A stretch of DNA of 64,000 nt, taken from NCBI GenBank assembly GCA_963205115.1, contig CAUJHV010000045.1, forward strand, positions 72,259-136,258, read 5' to 3'. Below, one piece after another: positions 59,928 to 64,000 of this stretch; positions within the stretch are counted from its first letter, which is position 1; the number at the start of each line of letters is the position of its first letter. The notes under the pieces were generated by a model. It was not told where the DNA came from, made no database searches, and saw only the letters and a list, made by a program, of their open reading frames with translations. Position numbers and translations under genes: made by a program. This DNA comes from Pseudomonadota bacterium. Lineage in GTDB: Bacteria > Pseudomonadota > Gammaproteobacteria > Burkholderiales > Burkholderiaceae_C.

Positions 59928-60266
59928 CCTCCTATCCGCGGAGCAGGGGCCGGACGTGGGATGGACGGCAAACCACCGGGCCCCCGAAGGGACGGCTCGC
60001 CGTCATCGCCAGGGCGAATGCGGAGCACGTGGGGTACGCGCGGGCGTTCGCGACGCGGTGAGCCGCGATGCTACGCCTGTGGATGCGGCGCGCAAGCCCT
60101 GCGCGGCCCTCGGCGGCTAAGCCTCGCCATAGGCGCTGCGCAGGGCCCGAGCTTGACGCGTGGGCGCGGCCGGCCGAGAGGGGCGGTCCGTCAATCGGGA
60201 ATCATCGCAAATATCATCGATGACTGATAATGTGGCAGTCACACCCGCGCGTCACCGAGTCATCGC

Positions 60267-60722
60267 ATGAAACCGTCCATCGCCGCTGCTTCGCCCGCTG
60301 TCCAGGACCTCTCGCTGGTGCCACGGCGCCGATGGCTACATGCCGCCGCCCTGGCGCTGCTGCTGCCGCAATGGGCCGCCTGCGGCGGACTCACCGATGC
60401 CGACAAGGTAAGCCTGGAGCAGGCACGAGCCGATCTGGAAAGCGGCCGTGCCGTGATGATCGATGTGCGCGAACCCAGCGAGCACGCCACCGGTGTGGCG
60501 CGCGGTGCACGCCTGTTGCCGATGAAGCAGCTCGCCACCCGCGTGCAGGAGATTCCCACCGATGCGGCCAAACCGGTCTACCTGATCTGCAACACCCAGA
60601 ACCGCTCGCGCGCGGTGCTGCAGTCCCTGCGCGATCGCGGCTACGCGCATGTGCGCTACGTGGAAGGTGGCATGTCCGGCTGGGCGGCCAAAGGCTGGCC
60701 GATGGTGCCCCCGCCGCGCTGA
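60267..60722 (+). CDS. Rhodanese-like domain protein with Tat/lipoprotein-like signal
   Basis: IDVREPSE, active-loop CNTQNRS, GGMSGW; RRRWL..LALLL..AAC leader. Confidence 0.85.
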   Translation: MKPSIAAASPAVQDLSLVPRRRWLHAAALALLLPQWAACGGLTDADKVSLEQARADLESGRAVMIDVREPSEHATGVARGARLLPMKQLATRVQEIPTDAAKPVYLICNTQNRSRAVLQSLRDRGYAHVRYVEGGMSGWAAKGWPMVPPPR

Positions 60723-60745
60723 ACCCGCCGGCAGGCTGGGCCCGA

Positions 60746-61357
60746 TCAGGCCGCTTCGTCCGCGTCGGGCGGCACGTCTCCCAGCATCGCGATCAATTCG
60801 TCCAGCGTCGTGTAGAAGCGGTCGATGAAATCGCTGCCGATGTGCGCTTCGATGCGCGCGTAGACGGCTTCGATCTGCGGCTGCATCGCCGTGGCCAGGG
60901 CGTGGCTGCGGGCGGTCAGGCGCACCATCACGCGCCGCTGGTCTTCGGCCATGCGTTCGCGCGTGACCAGCCCCGTTTCGTCCATGCGCGCCAGCACACC
61001 TGCCAGGCTGGGGCTGGTGATGCGGCACAGCTCGACGATCTGGCGCGGCTCCATCGGCCCAGCCTCCAGCAGCGCGCGCACGATGCGCCACTGCTGCTCG
61101 GTCACGCTGTGGGCGTTGAGGATGGGGCGGAAATGCGCGATGACACCCTCGCGCGCCTGCAGCAACAGCAAGGGCAGGTTGCGGTGCGCGAAGTGCCGGC
61201 GGTCCGTGGGCGCGGCGCCAGTGGGCGGGCGGTTGCCACGCCTCTTGCCAAGGGGCGCGTCGGCAATGCCCGGGTTGCCGACGTGGGTGCGCCTGACGTC
61301 CACGGCGCCGCTGCGCGTGCCGGTTGGCGAGGGTTGGCGCGACCTTGACCTGCTCAT
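60746..61357 (-). CDS. hpaR: Homoprotocatechuate operon repressor HpaR (MarR family)
   Basis: HRNLPLLLLQARE, TEQQWRIVRAL, SPSLAGVLARM; divergent from hpaE; start uncertain. Confidence 0.88.
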   Translation of the reverse strand: MSRSRSRQPSPTGTRSGAVDVRRTHVGNPGIADAPLGKRRGNRPPTGAAPTDRRHFAHRNLPLLLLQAREGVIAHFRPILNAHSVTEQQWRIVRALLEAGPMEPRQIVELCRITSPSLAGVLARMDETGLVTRERMAEDQRRVMVRLTARSHALATAMQPQIEAVYARIEAHIGSDFIDRFYTTLDELIAMLGDVPPDADEAA

Positions 61358-61382
61358 ATGTGAGTGAATAGACTACTCACAT
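61358..61382. promoter_or_regulatory. Candidate HpaR operator
   Basis: Perfect inverted repeat ATGTGAGT-N9-ACTCACAT between hpaR and hpaE. Confidence 0.65.
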
Positions 61383-61454
61383 CTTAGCAAGTAGACCGGT
61401 GGCGGTGGTGGATGCGGCTGCGGCCTGCCATCACAGGCGCCAGAGGACCTCCCC

Positions 61455-62912
61455 ATGCCCATTTCCCATCTCATCGACGGCAAGGCCGTGTCCAGCGGCG
61501 AACGCTTCGAGACCGTCAACCCGGCCACGCAGGACGTGCTGGCCGAGGTCGCACGCGGAGGTGCCGAAGAGGTCCACGCGGCAGTGGCCGCCGCCAAGGC
61601 CGCCTTTCCCGCCTGGGCCGGCCGGCCGGCCACCGAGCGCGCGCGCATCATGCGCAAGCTGGGCGAACTGATTGCCACCCACGTGCCCGAGATCGCGCGC
61701 ACCGAGACCATGGATACGGGCCAGGTCATCGCGCAGACCGGCAAGCAACTCGTGCCGCGCGCGGCGGACAACTTTTCCTACTTCGCCGAGATGTGCGTGC
61801 GGGTCGACGGCCACACCTACCCGACTCCCACGCACCTGAACTACACGCTGTTCCACCCGGTGGGCGTCTGCGCGTTGATCAGCCCGTGGAACGTGCCCTT
61901 CATGACGGCCACGTGGAAGGTCGCGCCCTGCCTGGCCTTCGGCAACACCGCGGTGCTGAAGATGAGCGAACTCTCGCCGCTGACCGCCGCGCGCCTGGGC
62001 GAACTGGCGCTGGAAGCGGGTGTGCCCGCCGGTGTGCTGAACATCGTGCACGGCTACGGCCAGGAAGTGGGCGAGCCGCTGGTGGCGCATCCGGATGTGC
62101 GCGCCATTTCCTTCACCGGCTCCACGGCCACCGGCAACCGCATCGTGCAGGCCGCCGGCCTGAAGAAGTTCAGCATGGAGCTCGGCGGCAAGAGCCCCTT
62201 CGTGGTCTTCGAGGACGCCGACTTGCCGCGCGCGCTGGACGCCGCGGTGTTCATGATCTTCAGCAACAACGGCGAACGCTGCACCGCGGGCAGCCGCATC
62301 CTGGTCCAACGCTCCATCTACGCCGACTTCGCCGAGAAATTTGCTGCCCGTGCCCGCCGCATCACGGTGGGCGACCCGCTGGACGAAAAGACCATCGTCG
62401 GCCCCATGATCAGCCCGCAGCACCTGGCCAAGGTGCGGCACTACATCGAACTCGGCCCGAAGGAGGGCGCCACGATGCTGTGCGGCGGCCTGGACGTGCC
62501 GGCGCTGCCCGGCGCCCTGGCCAAGGGCAATTTCGTCGTGCCGACGGTGTTTGCCGACGTGGACAACCGCATGAAGATCGCGCAGGACGAGATCTTCGGA
62601 CCCGTGGCCTGCCTGATTCCCTTCGACGACGAGGCCGACGCCATCCGCATCGCCAACGACATCGCCTACGGTTTGTCGAGTTATGTCTGGACCGAGAACA
62701 TCGGCAAGGCTCACCGCGTGGCCGCCGCCGTCGAGGCCGGCATGTGTTTCGTCAACAGCCAGAACGTGCGCGACCTGCGCCAGCCCTTCGGCGGAACCAA
62801 GGCCAGCGGCACGGGCCGAGAAGGCGGCACCTGGAGCTACGAGGTTTTCCTCGAGCCCAAGAACATCGCGGTGTCCCTGGGCGGGCACCACATTCCGCAC
62901 TGGGGCGTCTGA
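61455..62912 (+). CDS. hpaE: 5-carboxymethyl-2-hydroxymuconate semialdehyde dehydrogenase
   Basis: SPWNVPFM, FTGST, ELGGKSP, NGERCTAGSR, NSQNVRDLRQPFGG. Confidence 0.95.
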   Translation: MPISHLIDGKAVSSGERFETVNPATQDVLAEVARGGAEEVHAAVAAAKAAFPAWAGRPATERARIMRKLGELIATHVPEIARTETMDTGQVIAQTGKQLVPRAADNFSYFAEMCVRVDGHTYPTPTHLNYTLFHPVGVCALISPWNVPFMTATWKVAPCLAFGNTAVLKMSELSPLTAARLGELALEAGVPAGVLNIVHGYGQEVGEPLVAHPDVRAISFTGSTATGNRIVQAAGLKKFSMELGGKSPFVVFEDADLPRALDAAVFMIFSNNGERCTAGSRILVQRSIYADFAEKFAARARRITVGDPLDEKTIVGPMISPQHLAKVRHYIELGPKEGATMLCGGLDVPALPGALAKGNFVVPTVFADVDNRMKIAQDEIFGPVACLIPFDDEADAIRIANDIAYGLSSYVWTENIGKAHRVAAAVEAGMCFVNSQNVRDLRQPFGGTKASGTGREGGTWSYEVFLEPKNIAVSLGGHHIPHWGV

Positions 62913-62993
62913 GCATGCGCAGGCGCTGGGCCGCGCAGCGGGACTTCCGAGGCGCGCGCATGACCGACGGACACGACTTCAAGGAGACCCCCC

Positions 62994-63920
62994 ATGGGTA
63001 AGCTGGCCCTGGCCGCCAAGATCACGCACGTGCCCTCGATGTACCTCAGCGAGCTCGACGGCCCGCGCAAGGGCACGCGCCAGGATGCGATCGACGGCCA
63101 CATCGAGATCGGACGTCGCTGCCGCGAGCTGGGCGTGGACACCATCGTCGTCTTCGACACGCACTGGCTGGTCAACGCGAACTACCACGTCAACTGTGCG
63201 CCGCACTTCAAGGGGCTGTACACCAGCAACGAGCTGCCGCACTTCATCGCCAACATGCCGTTCGAGTTTCCGGGCAACCCGGTGCTGGGCCAGCTGCTGG
63301 CGAAGGAGTGCAACGCGATGGGTGTGGAGGTGCTGGCGCACGACGCCACGACGCTGAACCCGGAGTACGGCACGCTCGTTCCGATGCGCTACATGAATCA
63401 GGACCAGCACTTCAAGGTGGTCAGTGTCTCGGCCCTGTGCACCGTCCATTACCTCAACGACAGTGCGCGCCTGGGTTGGGCCATGCGCCGCGCCATCGAG
63501 CAGCACTACGACGGCACAGTCGCCATCTTCGCCAGCGGCTCGCTGAGCCACCGCTTCGCGCAGAACGGCCTGGCGCCGGAATACGGCTTCAAGATCTGGA
63601 GCCCGTTCCTCGAGCACCTGGACCGCGAAGTCATCCGCATGTGGAAGGCGGGCGAGTGGGCGGACTTCTGCGCGATGCTGCCGGAATACGCCGCCAAGGG
63701 CCATGGCGAAGGTTTCATGCACGACACGGCGATGCTGCTGGGCGCGCTGGGATGGTCGGCCTACGATGCGCCGGCCGAGATCGTCACGCCGTATTTCGGC
63801 GCCTCCGGGACCGGGCAGATCAACGTGGTCTTCCCGGTGACGCCGCAGGACGGACACGCCATTCCCCCTGCGATGGCCTCGGCAGCCGAAGGCTATACCG
63901 CCATTTCCACGCGCCTGTAA
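62994..63920 (+). CDS. hpaD: 3,4-dihydroxyphenylacetate 2,3-dioxygenase
   Basis: MGKLALAAKITHVPSM, FDTHWLVN, SNELPHFI, SGSLSH, SGTGQIN. Confidence 0.95.
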   Translation: MGKLALAAKITHVPSMYLSELDGPRKGTRQDAIDGHIEIGRRCRELGVDTIVVFDTHWLVNANYHVNCAPHFKGLYTSNELPHFIANMPFEFPGNPVLGQLLAKECNAMGVEVLAHDATTLNPEYGTLVPMRYMNQDQHFKVVSVSALCTVHYLNDSARLGWAMRRAIEQHYDGTVAIFASGSLSHRFAQNGLAPEYGFKIWSPFLEHLDREVIRMWKAGEWADFCAMLPEYAAKGHGEGFMHDTAMLLGALGWSAYDAPAEIVTPYFGASGTGQINVVFPVTPQDGHAIPPAMASAAEGYTAISTRL

Positions 63921-63932
63921 ACCGGAGCCCCC

Positions 63933-64000
63933 ATGCCGCACGTCGTTGTCCTGTACACCTCCAACCTCGAAGCCGAGGCCAACATGAGCGTCCTGTGCCG
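63933..64000 (+). CDS. hpaF: 5-carboxymethyl-2-hydroxymuconate isomerase, 5' end
   Basis: MPHVVVLYTSNL (tautomerase Pro1) directly after hpaD. Confidence 0.75.
   Translation, partial: MPHVVVLYTSNLEAEANMSVLC

Noticed and set aside
59966-60000. GGCAAACC...GAAGGGACG resembling a c-di-GMP-I riboswitch
   Set aside because: Lacks the GAAA-capped P2 pairing and the following GCAAAGC/P3 elements; an Rfam scan would be needed to revive it

Overview
High-GC betaproteobacterial chromosome segment; gene content and order resemble Burkholderiales (Rubrivivax/Ideonella-like is a guess). Core genes: ugd, alaA, hom, thrC, moeA/moaD/moaE, clpB, nadB/nadC/nadA, tRNA-Pro(TGG), tRNA-Arg(TCT), hpaR/E/D/F. Accessory blocks: (i) a peptidase M15A with a histone-H1-like tail plus a deoxyribohydrolase-like/TPR/SLOG conflict-type protein; (ii) a MarR-linked NicX-like catabolic operon; (iii) c-di-GMP genes including a ComFB-DGC pair; (iv) a dgkA-eptA-PAP2 lipid A modification module; (v) a 10-gene TTT-transporter sugar(-acid) catabolic cluster of unknown substrate; (vi) a markedly lower-GC island at about 49.55-57.9 kb. 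The island is the best candidate for an undescribed system. It encodes ACP, a fold-III PLP decarboxylase, an adenylation enzyme, an SGNH/DltD-like protein, a 53-aa DltX-like protein ending FIYQGF, an MBOAT, an acyl-CoA-dehydrogenase-like enzyme and a GNAT. This looks like a Dlt-type trans-membrane acylation relay fed by a butirosin-Btr-like, ACP-tethered aminoacyl tailoring line. All calls come from reading motifs by eye; no database searches were run.
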